A DNA stretch of 64,000 nt from assembly GCA_965249555.1 (NCBI GenBank), contig OZ252243.1, forward strand, positions 1,536,001 through 1,600,000, written 5' to 3'. The stretch is from Nitrosopumilus sp. (GTDB lineage: Archaea > Thermoproteota > Nitrososphaeria > Nitrososphaerales > Nitrosopumilaceae). This document shows, piece by piece, positions 1 to 8,913 of the stretch. The translations under genes and the position numbers were made by a program. Each line of letters begins with the position of its first letter. Position 1 is the first letter of the stretch. A model generated the notes under the pieces. That model saw nothing but the letters and a program-made list of their open reading frames with translations, was not told where the DNA came from and searched no databases.

Positions 1-234
1 AAAGAAAACAATGACATTGATCCCTCTTGGATAATTGATGATGTTGAATCCTTTTTCAACGAAATTTGTGATTCTGGCCTTGCAAGAAACATTGCACAGA
101 ATTTTACCACAATTTGGCTAAAGCTATTTGATCCTGTTGAAAAATTTCATTGCAATGCTTGTAATCAGGATATCTATCTTGGAGCATCTGAAAAACGAAT
201 TTGTTCTAATCCTTCTTGTAAATCTTCTGTTTAG
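1..234 (+). CDS. 3' end of a hypothetical protein with a C-terminal Cys4 zinc ribbon (partial, starts before the window)
   Basis: Frame 1 is open from base 1 to TAG at 232-234 and reads ...FHCNACNQDIYLGASEKRICSNPSCKSSV*; not in the ORF track. Confidence 0.6.
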   Translation, partial: KENNDIDPSWIIDDVESFFNEICDSGLARNIAQNFTTIWLKLFDPVEKFHCNACNQDIYLGASEKRICSNPSCKSSV

Positions 235-1453
235 ATCTGTATTTTATTGCAGCATCTTCAAGTGCTTGAATCATTGGCAACTTTTCTCCTGTAAGATAAA
301 GTACCAATGCACCACCTGCAGTACTAGTATGATTAATTTTATCTGCTAATCCTTGTTTTTTTAGTGCACTATTCAAGTGCCCACCGCTAACAATTGTTGT
401 TGCCATAGAGTTTGCAACTGAATTGAGTAATCCTTTTGTCCCAAAGCTGAAATTCTCTTTTTCAAAAAATCCTGCAGGTCCGCTAATAAACACAGTTCCT
501 GCACCTGAAATTAATTTTGAATAATACTCTACAGTCTTTGGACCCAAATCATAAATTTTATCACCTTTACCCGTCTCTCTTACATCCATCTCAACTCTTT
601 CTCCATCTTTGTCAATTGCAATATCTATCGGTGTGGCAAAAACATCAGGATATTCACCAATCAATGCATGAGCTTTTGCTACGACCTCGTCTTCTCTTTT
701 GATACCAAGAGAAGATTTGATCTTGCCTTGTGCACGCATAAACACATTAGCAATCAATCCTGTTAATAGAACATGGTCAGCACGACCATTTTGAATCAAT
801 AATTTGATTGCCTCGAGTCTATCTGGTATTTTTGAGCCTCCAAGAACAATCACATGTGGTGCTTTGGCAACAGTCATTATCTCATCTAAATTTCTAACTT
901 CTTTTTCAACAATTCTTCCTGCACATGCAGGCAAAACTTGTGAAAAACCAACAATTGATGGATGTGTTCTATGAGCACTTGGAAACGAATCCAATACACA
1001 AAGATCAAATAATTTGGATAAACGACTAACCATAATTGTTTTAGCAGAATTTTCTGGTGTAAATTCGTAATTTTCTTCAGCACATAATCGAAGATTATCT
1101 AAAAGTAGAATGTCTCCATCCTCTAGATTCTTGATGGCATTTTGTGCAGCTTCGCCAATTACATCTTCAACATATTTTATTTTTTTATTCATAAATTTTT
1201 CAAGAACTTTTGCATGTTTGTCCATTCCAGTATAGTCTTTATTTCCAACTCTACCTTGGTGTGATGCGATAACTACCTTGGCGTCTTTTAATGACTTTAA
1301 AGTTTCAGTGGCTTCTTCAATTCTTTTAGTACCTATAATTCCCATTGTTTCTGGATCGATTGGACAATTCATGTCAACTCTCAAAAAAACAGTCTTACCT
1401 TTCAGGTCAAAATCATCTAATGTGAGCACCTTCACGATTTTTCTATTATGCAC
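206..1453 (-). CDS. pgk: Phosphoglycerate kinase
   Basis: Motifs LRVDMNCP, SHQGR, LLDNLR and STAGGA; the true start may be GTG at 1435. Confidence 0.96.
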   Translation of the reverse strand: MHNRKIVKVLTLDDFDLKGKTVFLRVDMNCPIDPETMGIIGTKRIEEATETLKSLKDAKVVIASHQGRVGNKDYTGMDKHAKVLEKFMNKKIKYVEDVIGEAAQNAIKNLEDGDILLLDNLRLCAEENYEFTPENSAKTIMVSRLSKLFDLCVLDSFPSAHRTHPSIVGFSQVLPACAGRIVEKEVRNLDEIMTVAKAPHVIVLGGSKIPDRLEAIKLLIQNGRADHVLLTGLIANVFMRAQGKIKSSLGIKREDEVVAKAHALIGEYPDVFATPIDIAIDKDGERVEMDVRETGKGDKIYDLGPKTVEYYSKLISGAGTVFISGPAGFFEKENFSFGTKGLLNSVANSMATTIVSGGHLNSALKKQGLADKINHTSTAGGALVLYLTGEKLPMIQALEDAAIKYRSKQKIYKKD

Positions 1454-1576
1454 TTGGTTAAATTCTTTGAGCCGATCAGAATTATTTTATCAAATCTTAT
1501 TTCTAAACGGTGATTTACACTTTCAAAACTTATGTATTGATAAAAATTAAAAGCTACGTACTTGAGGTTTAATTAA

Positions 1577-2245
1577 TTGCAAAATTGGCTTTTTGATATC
1601 AGGTCGCGTTCCTTTGTATTGCTAACTGTTTTGTTTCTCATTCTCTCGGCTTTGGTATACTTTGAAGTAACTGAAAGTTTTGATCAAAGTATAGTTTTGG
1701 GTTTCTCTCAAAATGTTGGAAATCCAACATTAGACACCATCATGCAATATGTCACAGAAAGTGGTGAGGTTTTGTGGATGTTGGCATTTGGAATTGTACT
1801 GTTAGTTATTCCAAAAACCCGTAGAATTGGAATTACCCTAATGATTCTGATTGTGATTTCGACATTACTTACTGGCTACATTAAATGTGGAATTGATAGG
1901 GACAGACCTGATTTTGAGTATGAGGGTTCACCATTTCCTGTAGAAATTAGTCGTGATACATACGCGTTATTTTGTGAGGGTGGGGCTAATGCATCATATC
2001 CTTCTGGGCATGCAGCCAGATCCATGATATTTGGAATAATCTTGGGTTATGCTCTATCTGAACGATTCCCACGCGGTGCATATTTACTATTTCTATATCC
2101 TGTGATGATTTCAATTAGTAGGATCTATGTTTTACAACATTATCCTATGGATGTCATTGGAGGTGCCGTTATTGGAATAATGCTTGCTGGAGTGATGGCC
2201 AAGAGAACAAAACTTTACAAACTTTTTGATAAATCAAAAACCTAA
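1577..2245 (+). CDS. PAP2-family membrane phosphatase
   Basis: KxxxxRxRP, SYPSGH and SRIYVLQHYPMDV motifs, with hydrophobic helices. Confidence 0.92.
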   Translation: MQNWLFDIRSRSFVLLTVLFLILSALVYFEVTESFDQSIVLGFSQNVGNPTLDTIMQYVTESGEVLWMLAFGIVLLVIPKTRRIGITLMILIVISTLLTGYIKCGIDRDRPDFEYEGSPFPVEISRDTYALFCEGGANASYPSGHAARSMIFGIILGYALSERFPRGAYLLFLYPVMISISRIYVLQHYPMDVIGGAVIGIMLAGVMAKRTKLYKLFDKSKT

Positions 2246-2545
2246 TTCTGTCAAAGAAGTATTACTTATCAAAACTATTGCATAATGATCTTCATCGTGG
2301 TGATAAGTCCAATATTTAATATCTCGAATTTCATTTTTTTGTCCGAGTCCTTGTGTTACTCCTGTAGTCACTGTATATCCAATTCTTTTTGCAAGTTTTG
2401 ATTCTTTTGGCATTAAGACCTTGAATCCTTCTTTTCTGTTTTTAAATCCAAGTTTTATCATGTCCTCAACTGCTCTTAATGCGTCTTTTTCATCTTTTAG
2501 ATCATATGTCTTTGATATTGGTAAATCTTTTGGGTGAAAGTCCAT
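2234..2545 (-). CDS. Hypothetical protein (thaumarchaeal-type)
   Basis: 103-aa ORF with ATG start and host-like composition; stop overlaps the neighbouring gene. Confidence 0.75.
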   Translation of the reverse strand: MDFHPKDLPISKTYDLKDEKDALRAVEDMIKLGFKNRKEGFKVLMPKESKLAKRIGYTVTTGVTQGLGQKNEIRDIKYWTYHHDEDHYAIVLISNTSLTELGF

Positions 2546-2665
2546 GGTTTTAATAAAATCTCTTAACTAATATTTTTTAAAAAATGATTTATGAGATATT
2601 GGTAATTTCATTAGTTGTGTTGATTATAGTTAATTGTACCATACTTTTCAGGCGAGGATACAAAG

Positions 2666-2869
2666 ATGAGTTATAAACAATTAAAAAATCATACACTCAT
2701 CAATGCAGATTATCGGGATGTTCAAATACCAGATGCAGACTTGATAATATCAGATCCTCTATTCCAAACAACAGACCTTGGTTTTGATAATGCTGTGGAA
2801 GGTGATTCTTTTGACGAAGCAAAAAAAAATTCTCAAAAAAATCCAAAACTTGGAGATGGTGTTTGTTAA
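2666..2869 (+). pseudogene. N-terminal fragment of an N4/N6 DNA methyltransferase
   Basis: LINADYRDVQIPDADLIISDPLF resembles the GD...DLIxTDPPY start of beta-class MTases; the motif is degenerate and the ORF stops at 67 aa. Confidence 0.55.
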
Positions 2870-3156
2870 ATGAACCGGAACCAGAGAACAATAGAATGAT
2901 TAGAATAGTTCACAACAAAAAAGAGGGATACGATATTTTAATTGACAGAACAAGCAAATGGGGAAATCCATTTGTTATTAGAAGAGATGGCACACGCAAG
3001 CAGGTGATTGCAAAGTATGGTAGATGGATTCTAACACAACCACAATTAATCGCAGATCTGTCTGAACTAAAAAACAAGGTTTTAGGATGCTGGTGCCATC
3101 CCAAAGCATGTCATGGTGATATTCTCAAGGAACTGGTGGAGACAAGAAATGATTAG
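2863..3156 (+). CDS. DUF4326-like protein (virus-associated)
   Basis: YDILIDRTSKWGNPF ... LGCWCHPKACHGDIL signature; probable start at MIRIVHNKKE. Confidence 0.85.
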   Translation: MLNEPEPENNRMIRIVHNKKEGYDILIDRTSKWGNPFVIRRDGTRKQVIAKYGRWILTQPQLIADLSELKNKVLGCWCHPKACHGDILKELVETRND

Positions 3157-3370
3157 ATGCAATAAAATATGTGCAAAGTATCACTCTACCAGATTCTCTG
3201 ATGGCACAAACTATGGCAAAAACAAAAAAAGATGTAGTTTATGTAACATTTACATCACATGGAAGGGAACTTGTTGTCCTTGTTGTAGAACAAGACTGAG
3301 AACCAAGCCCAAAAATAATATGTTGAAACAAAAATATCATGACAGAATGAAGAGAGTGTTTGTTAAATGA
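3149..3370 (+). CDS. Small Cys-rich zinc-binding protein
   Basis: CNKIC...RCSLC...CCPCCRTRLRTKP; ATG at 3149 overlaps the upstream stop. Confidence 0.7.
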   Translation: MIRCNKICAKYHSTRFSDGTNYGKNKKRCSLCNIYITWKGTCCPCCRTRLRTKPKNNMLKQKYHDRMKRVFVK

Positions 3371-3391
3371 CCTGGAAACAAAAAATAGAGG

Positions 3392-3703
3392 ATGCAAAAA
3401 AGTCTGGTTACTTTACCAAGGAAGATCATACCTACGCTGCAAATTGGGACTTGTGCAATTTTCGAAAGACCAGAAGTGATGAAACTAAGTAAAGAGTTAG
3501 ATTCCAAATTGTTAACATCAGAAGCACACAGACTTGGTTGTGAGTTTGATAATGCAGTATGTAATAATCTTCCTCACATAACAGGATATATTCTAGAAAA
3601 TATTCAAGATTTGAAGACGGTGTTTAGAAGTAATAATCATCCAAGCATGGCCAGAAGAAATTCGAATAAAAATTCAAAAATTAAAGAAGGTGTTTTACAA
3701 TGA
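3392..3703 (+). CDS. Hypothetical protein in virus-like relic
   Basis: 103-aa ORF co-oriented with the packed small ORFs. Confidence 0.45.
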   Translation: MQKSLVTLPRKIIPTLQIGTCAIFERPEVMKLSKELDSKLLTSEAHRLGCEFDNAVCNNLPHITGYILENIQDLKTVFRSNNHPSMARRNSNKNSKIKEGVLQ

Positions 3704-3852
3704 GTGATGGATTAGGACCCTGGATTAACATCTTGAAAGTTACCATTGCTTCAAAAAATGTAAAACCACAAGACATGGTATTCACCATTGTAAATGGTGA
3801 CATAATTGAGGAAACAAAAATGACTGAATCATACGAGAAATGGGTTGACTAG
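3700..3852 (+). CDS. Small hypothetical protein (50 aa)
   Basis: ATGA overlap with the previous stop; MSDGLGPWINILKVTIASKNVKPQDMVFTIVNGDIIEETKMTESYEKWVD*. Confidence 0.4.
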   Translation: MSDGLGPWINILKVTIASKNVKPQDMVFTIVNGDIIEETKMTESYEKWVD

Positions 3853-3985
3853 GCAACAAAAAACATCCAGAGAGAGATGTTAGAGTGGTATCAAACCCCA
3901 AGAAAGGGCTGGAATACGGAAATCAGAGAAGGGTAACAGATAATGAAACTTTTTAAGGAATTACCAATCAGAGAAATCATAAACC

Positions 3986-4076
3986 CGTCAGGGGTGGGAT
4001 TTGAACCCACAAAACCGAGGTTATCGATCAAGAGATTTTCAATCTCACGCAATAGACCAAACTATGCGACCCTGAC
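3986..4076 (-). tRNA. Class II (long variable arm) tRNA with Ser-like body and GAA anticodon
   Basis: Acceptor GTCAGGG/CCCTGAC, discriminator G, D-loop GG, anticodon arm TGAGA-TTGAAAA-TCTCT, 20-nt variable arm, T-arm GTGGG-TTCAAAT-CCCAC. Confidence 0.85.
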
Positions 4077-4199
4077 GAGTTTAGTTGTTCTTTGATGATT
4101 AAAAAGATGATGTCAAATACAAATCAATTAGAACGTAACAAAATATTTTGACATTTCAACAAAACACACAAGAATGAGAGAACATAGATTGTTCCTACT

Positions 4200-4451
4200 G
4201 TGGATGAAATGATCAGTTTTCGTTCCAGAATATTTTTGTTTGTTGCCTCATTTTCCCCAATGTGGTTTATTTTGATTGGATCTTATCTGATTGATAATCA
4301 TGATGTAGTTACAGTGCTTGTATCATTTTTGATAACACTTGGAATAATTGGATGTATCGTATATTCCTGTAATGTATTTGATAGATACCGTCAAAGCACA
4401 AACATGGAACCAGTAAGACCAGAATATCTAAGAGATGTAACACACAAATGA
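4200..4451 (+). pseudogene. Truncated two-helix membrane protein, resembling the N-terminus of Kiwa KwaA-type proteins
   Basis: RIFLFVASFSPMWFIL pattern and two hydrophobic segments; ends abruptly. Resemblance is from memory only. Confidence 0.35.
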
Positions 4452-4544
4452 TTTAAGCGATCATGATTGGTTAATTTTCTTTACTTCCAAGTCAAATCCT
4501 AATCATATTAACAATTTAACCGACTCTCTTGGTTTGATTCAATC

Positions 4545-5423
4545 GTGGTATCATTAGAAAAATTAGTAGTTCAACTACGTCAAAATAAACAGGAAGCAAC
4601 AAAACTTAGGAAAAAAGCTGAAAAACAACTACATGAAATACGTTCTATTGAAAGACGTTCTTCTTCAGGTCTACATTCTATAGATAGAAAAATAGAATCT
4701 GAACGTGAAGATGTTTCTGATACCTCTGAAATTCTTACTCGCAAAAACTCTCAATTAGAAAGCATTGGAAGATTAGTTGCTGCAGCAGAGGAGCGATTAA
4801 CACGAGAAAAAGAAACAATTGAGCAAACTGAACAAGAGATTGAATTCTCAGAAAATCCTGAAGAAAAACAGAATGCAGAGTCTAGATTACGATCTTTAAA
4901 TGACCATGTTCAAGAACTAATTTCTGAGATTAAAAGCAGGCAAAAAACTGCAAAAAAGATTTTAGATGATTCTACTAAATATGCTGATATTAAATCAAAA
5001 ATTACATCAAAAATCCAAAAACAATCAAAATCAAAACCATCCTTACATGAAACCTTGGTAACTAGCCACAAAGCTGCTGAAAAGTTTGTAAAAGAATTAG
5101 AAAGACAAACCAAAGCCGAGGATCATGCTAAAAAAGCATTAGAAAAAGTATCTGTAAAATTCCAAGAATTCTTGGCAAAAAAACGTGCAGCAGCTAAAAA
5201 TGCACTAGCTAAAAGAGTAGCAGCTGCCAAGAAACGTGCAGTAGCCAAAAGAGTAGCAGCTGCCAAGAAACGTACTGCAACTAAAAAGAAAAAAGTAACT
5301 AAAAAGAAAGCAACAAAGAAACGTACTGCAACTAAAAAGAAAAAAGTAACTAAAAAGAAAGCAACAAAGAAACGTACTGCAACTAAAAAGAAAAAAGTAA
5401 CTAAAAAGAAAGCTAGACGTTAA
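4545..5423 (+). CDS. Coiled-coil protein with Lys/Ala-rich histone-H1-like C-terminal tail
   Basis: About 210 aa rich in E/K/Q heptads followed by KKRTATKKKKVTKKKAT repeats. Confidence 0.85.
   Translation: MVSLEKLVVQLRQNKQEATKLRKKAEKQLHEIRSIERRSSSGLHSIDRKIESEREDVSDTSEILTRKNSQLESIGRLVAAAEERLTREKETIEQTEQEIEFSENPEEKQNAESRLRSLNDHVQELISEIKSRQKTAKKILDDSTKYADIKSKITSKIQKQSKSKPSLHETLVTSHKAAEKFVKELERQTKAEDHAKKALEKVSVKFQEFLAKKRAAAKNALAKRVAAAKKRAVAKRVAAAKKRTATKKKKVTKKKATKKRTATKKKKVTKKKATKKRTATKKKKVTKKKARR
5265..5413 (+). repeat. 51-bp tandem repeat, about 2.9 copies
   Basis: AAGAAACGTACTGCAACTAAAAAGAAAAAAGTAACTAAAAAGAAAGCAACA at 5265, 5316 and (partial) 5367. Confidence 0.9.
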
Positions 5424-5470
5424 TTTTTGAAAAACAAAAAGAATTTAAAATTAAAGAAACTTTTGATTTA

Positions 5471-5782
5471 TTAAGGATTAATATCCATCTTGCCAAATTT
5501 GCCTTTGGTTAGAGATACGTCTCCTTTGAACTCATTGGTGTATCCATTTGTAATGACAATTTTGTCTCCAACATTTACTGCTTTAATATCGTCACCCCAC
5601 AATGTGAGTTTCATTTGGTCATCTTCGGTTTCACCATTAGCAATAACTGCATCACAGACATCAATTGTTCCGCCGCTTTTGAGATTTACAGTTCTTGGAT
5701 CTCCTTTACTTTTAACTTCAGCTTCAACATTAACACCACTTCGCATTTTTTTTGCTTCTGAAATTGGTATGAATTCTGACAT
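5471..5782 (-). CDS. ssb: Single-OB-fold ssDNA-binding protein
   Basis: KLTLWGDD...GYTNEFKGDVSLTKGKFG, typical of crenarchaeal/thaumarchaeal SSB. Confidence 0.9.
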   Translation of the reverse strand: MSEFIPISEAKKMRSGVNVEAEVKSKGDPRTVNLKSGGTIDVCDAVIANGETEDDQMKLTLWGDDIKAVNVGDKIVITNGYTNEFKGDVSLTKGKFGKMDINP

Positions 5783-5902
5783 GTATTTTTAGATCAAATT
5801 CACACAATTATAAGCTTTGTTAAAAAATCTAAAAAGAACAGATCAATTTTTGATATTTTCATAATAGTAATTGAAAAATATCGGTCATTATCAAATCTCA
5901 TT

Positions 5903-6003
5903 GCAGAGGTATCGAAGCCCGGTCAACCGAGAGGGACTCAAGATCCACAAAATAGGAAATCCCTTCTCTTAGGAGTTCGTGGGTTCGAATCCCACCCTCT
6001 GCA
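5903..6003 (+). tRNA. tRNA-Leu(CAA) with a 16-nt intron at 37/38 (5943-5958)
   Basis: GCAGAGG/CCTCTGC acceptor, A73, AGGGA-CT-CAA-G[intron]A-TCCCT, long variable arm, GGTTCGAATCC. Confidence 0.95.
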
Positions 6004-6061
6004 CTAAACTTTAATCAAAACTATGATATTTCTAAAATTTTAGTAATTCTGTGACTAGTGT

Positions 6062-6169
6062 CTATACTTTGGAAACAGAGTGACTTGAGATTTGTTTATG
6101 TATTTCAGCCACATTTTCGTCCTTAAATGATAGATTGCATCTAAAACACTTCCAAACTACCTCTGGCAT
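6062..6169 (-). CDS. Small C2H2-type zinc-finger protein (possibly C-terminally truncated)
   Basis: MPEVVWKCFRCNLSFKDENVAEIHKQISSH; ATG at 6169 has a TATA-like sequence upstream. Confidence 0.7.
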   Translation of the reverse strand: MPEVVWKCFRCNLSFKDENVAEIHKQISSHSVSKV

Positions 6170-6355
6170 GGTTATATATAGGCACAAATCACTTATAAGG
6201 ATATTGGATAATTGATCCATTTTGTTACAATACATGATCATTGTTTGGAAAAACATGTAATTTTTTTACTTTTTTAGATCATAATGAGTTTTTTCCATGA
6301 CTAGCTCTTCAATCCAAGGATTTAGAAACAAAAAAAGCAACATTATCTTAGAAAG

Positions 6356-6976
6356 ATGTTAGATATTTTTGAAATTTTTGGGCAATATTCGTATTTTGGA
6401 ATTTTTCTTGTTCTGATTGGTGTAAATGCTTCACCTCTTTTGATGCCACCTAGTTGGATCATCTTGACATCATTTTATCTTCTTGATCCTAGCTTGAATG
6501 TTATTCTTCTTGCTGTAGTAGGTGCAACTGGAGCAACTATTGGGAGATTTTTTCTAAAAAAAATTAGTGGTTATTTTAGACGATTTGTTGCAGAAGAGCA
6601 AAAATCTAATCTTGACATGATTGGAGATTATCTTAATCATAAAAGATATGGTTATGTTATCGCCTCTTTTCTATTTGGTGCTACTCCGCTTCCAAGTAAC
6701 ATGTTGTTTATCACCTATGGATTAATGCGTGCCAAGAGTGTTGGAATCTATATTGGATTTTGGTTTGGCAGAGTCCTTTCTTATATTGTTATGATATATT
6801 TTGGAAATGCAGTCTTGACACCCTTTCTGGAAATCTTCGAGGACCGTCTTACTGGAATTTTATTAATTGATGGTGTTGGAATTGGAGTGGTTGTTCTTTT
6901 TGCATCAATAAACTGGACCATTTTAATTACTCAGAGAAAGATAAAGTTTGTAAAACCAAAACTGTGGAGATTCTAA
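6356..6976 (+). CDS. DedA/VTT-like membrane protein
   Basis: Multiple TM helices; GATGATIGR and ATPLP motifs. Confidence 0.8.
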   Translation: MLDIFEIFGQYSYFGIFLVLIGVNASPLLMPPSWIILTSFYLLDPSLNVILLAVVGATGATIGRFFLKKISGYFRRFVAEEQKSNLDMIGDYLNHKRYGYVIASFLFGATPLPSNMLFITYGLMRAKSVGIYIGFWFGRVLSYIVMIYFGNAVLTPFLEIFEDRLTGILLIDGVGIGVVVLFASINWTILITQRKIKFVKPKLWRF

Positions 6977-7597
6977 ATGAAAGTTCTTGATTCTTTAAAG
7001 AAGGAAGTAAAAAAAATTATGAAAAATGATTCTGCACACGATTTTGAGCATACTATGCGAGTATACAAAAATGCTCAAAAAATCTGTAAAAAAGAAAAAG
7101 CAAATGAAAAACTAGTTCTAAGTGCTGCATTGTTACATGATATAGCCTCGTATCCTAAATCTGACAAACGCTCAAAAACATCCTCAATTAAAAGTGCAAA
7201 AAAATCAAAAAAGATACTCGAAAAACTTTATTTCACTAAAGAAGAAATTATAATAATTTCTGATGCAATAAGTGATCATAGTTTTTCACGAAACAAAATT
7301 CCTAAAACCATTGAAGGGCAAATACTTCAGGATGCTGATAGGCTAGATGCATTAGGGGCGATAGGGATTGCTAGAGTTTTTGCTACTGGAGGCTCACTAA
7401 AAAGACCATTTTACAACATTGATGATCCTTTCTGCAAAAGACGAGTTCCTGATGATCACACTTGGACTGTTGATCATTTCTTTGCAAAATTATTAAAACT
7501 AGAGTCATTAATGAACACAAAATCTGGAAAAGTAGAGGCAAAGAAGCGAACTAGAATACTAAAAGAATTTTTGAATCAATTAAAACAGGAACTTTAG
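6977..7597 (+). CDS. HD-domain phosphohydrolase
   Basis: AHDFEH, LLHD and QDADRLDALGAIGIAR motifs. Confidence 0.92.
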   Translation: MKVLDSLKKEVKKIMKNDSAHDFEHTMRVYKNAQKICKKEKANEKLVLSAALLHDIASYPKSDKRSKTSSIKSAKKSKKILEKLYFTKEEIIIISDAISDHSFSRNKIPKTIEGQILQDADRLDALGAIGIARVFATGGSLKRPFYNIDDPFCKRRVPDDHTWTVDHFFAKLLKLESLMNTKSGKVEAKKRTRILKEFLNQLKQEL

Positions 7598-7905
7598 CCA
7601 TAATCAACATATCTGTCATATCGCCTTTCAGTCTCTTCATTTTCTCCTGACATTATCTTCGTATATGCATCCTTTTTTCTAAATTCAATATACCTACAAA
7701 TTGTTTCAAATTCTTTATCATTTGGATAAGCATCAAAGACTGGCTCTACCATCTTAAAATATTCAAGAACTTTTTCTCGATATTCTTCTCTGGTAGGTTT
7801 TTTGATTCCTTTCATTCTGAACCAAATTACTGCCCACGCTGAGCCTACAACATGTGGTAATTGGTCAAACGCTCTTTGAATTTCATAACGTTCATCGTCC
7901 CTCAT
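7594..7905 (-). CDS. Hypothetical protein co-transcribed with hemB
   Basis: ATGA overlap with the hemB stop. Confidence 0.75.
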   Translation of the reverse strand: MRDDERYEIQRAFDQLPHVVGSAWAVIWFRMKGIKKPTREEYREKVLEYFKMVEPVFDAYPNDKEFETICRYIEFRKKDAYTKIMSGENEETERRYDRYVDYG

Positions 7906-8882
7906 GATTCTTGAAGAAACTTTGAAGCTGATTTTGCAAAATATGTTACTATCATGTCTGCACCTGCTCTTTTAATAGAATAAAGAATCTCCTCTGTGAT
8001 GTCTTTCTCATTTACATAACCTAACTGTGATGCAGCTTTGACCAATGCATATTCTCCAGAAACACTGTATGCTGCAACTGGAATGTTAAATTTTCTTCTA
8101 GTTTCTGCAATTAAATCCAAGTAGGATAATGCTGGCTTTATCATTACGATGTCTACTCCTTCATTGATGTCTGTTTCAACTTCAAGCATTGCTTCTCTAG
8201 CGTTTGTGTATGGAACTTGGTATGTCTTTCTGTCTCCAAACTTTGGTGCACATTCTGCAGCATCTCTAAATGGTGCATAAAAGTTTGAACGATGTTTAGC
8301 TGAATGCGACATTATTGAAACATCAGTGAATCCATTTTCATCAAGTGCCTTTCTAATTGCACCAACTTGACCATCCATCATTGCAGATGGTGATACTGTA
8401 TCTACTCCTGCTTTTGCTTGGCTGACTGCAATCTTTGCAAGTGTATCAAGACTAGTATCATTATCCACCTTGTCTCCTTGAATTATTCCACAATGACCAG
8501 TTGATGTAAATTGACATAGACAAACATCTGCCATTATCACAATTTTATCTCCAAAATTTTGTCTTATCTGAGTAATTGCTTTTTGGACAATCCCGTTATC
8601 ATCAAATGCAGAAGTTCCTGCTTCATCTTTTTTAGTTGGAATTCCAAAAAGCATGATTGCAGGAATTCCTAAATCACTAATTGTTCCTACCTCATCATTA
8701 ATGTCATCTAATGGGAGTCTTTCCATTTCTGACATTGATTCTATCTTGATTCTAGTCTTTAGATCTTCTTGAACAAATACTGGACAAATGAAATCCTTTG
8801 AAGAAAGTGTGGTTTGCTGCACTAATTCTCTCATTTTCTCTGATGTTCTCAGTCTGCGAAGACGTCTAGATGGAAATGACAT
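7902..8882 (-). CDS. hemB: Porphobilinogen synthase
   Basis: RRLRRLR, DVCLCQFTSTGHCG, PSAMMDG and MIKPA; start MSFPS at 8882. Confidence 0.97.
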   Translation of the reverse strand: MSFPSRRLRRLRTSEKMRELVQQTTLSSKDFICPVFVQEDLKTRIKIESMSEMERLPLDDINDEVGTISDLGIPAIMLFGIPTKKDEAGTSAFDDNGIVQKAITQIRQNFGDKIVIMADVCLCQFTSTGHCGIIQGDKVDNDTSLDTLAKIAVSQAKAGVDTVSPSAMMDGQVGAIRKALDENGFTDVSIMSHSAKHRSNFYAPFRDAAECAPKFGDRKTYQVPYTNAREAMLEVETDINEGVDIVMIKPALSYLDLIAETRRKFNIPVAAYSVSGEYALVKAASQLGYVNEKDITEEILYSIKRAGADMIVTYFAKSASKFLQES

Positions 8883-8913
8883 ATCAGAAATTCTCTTTGG
8901 GTAAGATATAATC

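Noticed and set aside
2546-3990. att-site duplication of the tRNA 3' end bounding the viral relic
   Set aside because: No second copy of the tRNA 3' sequence was found near 2550-2660 by eye.
6039-6064. TAG read-through (pyrrolysine) in the small zinc-finger gene
   Set aside because: A single case with no pyl genes in the window; a simple nonsense change or natural end is more likely.
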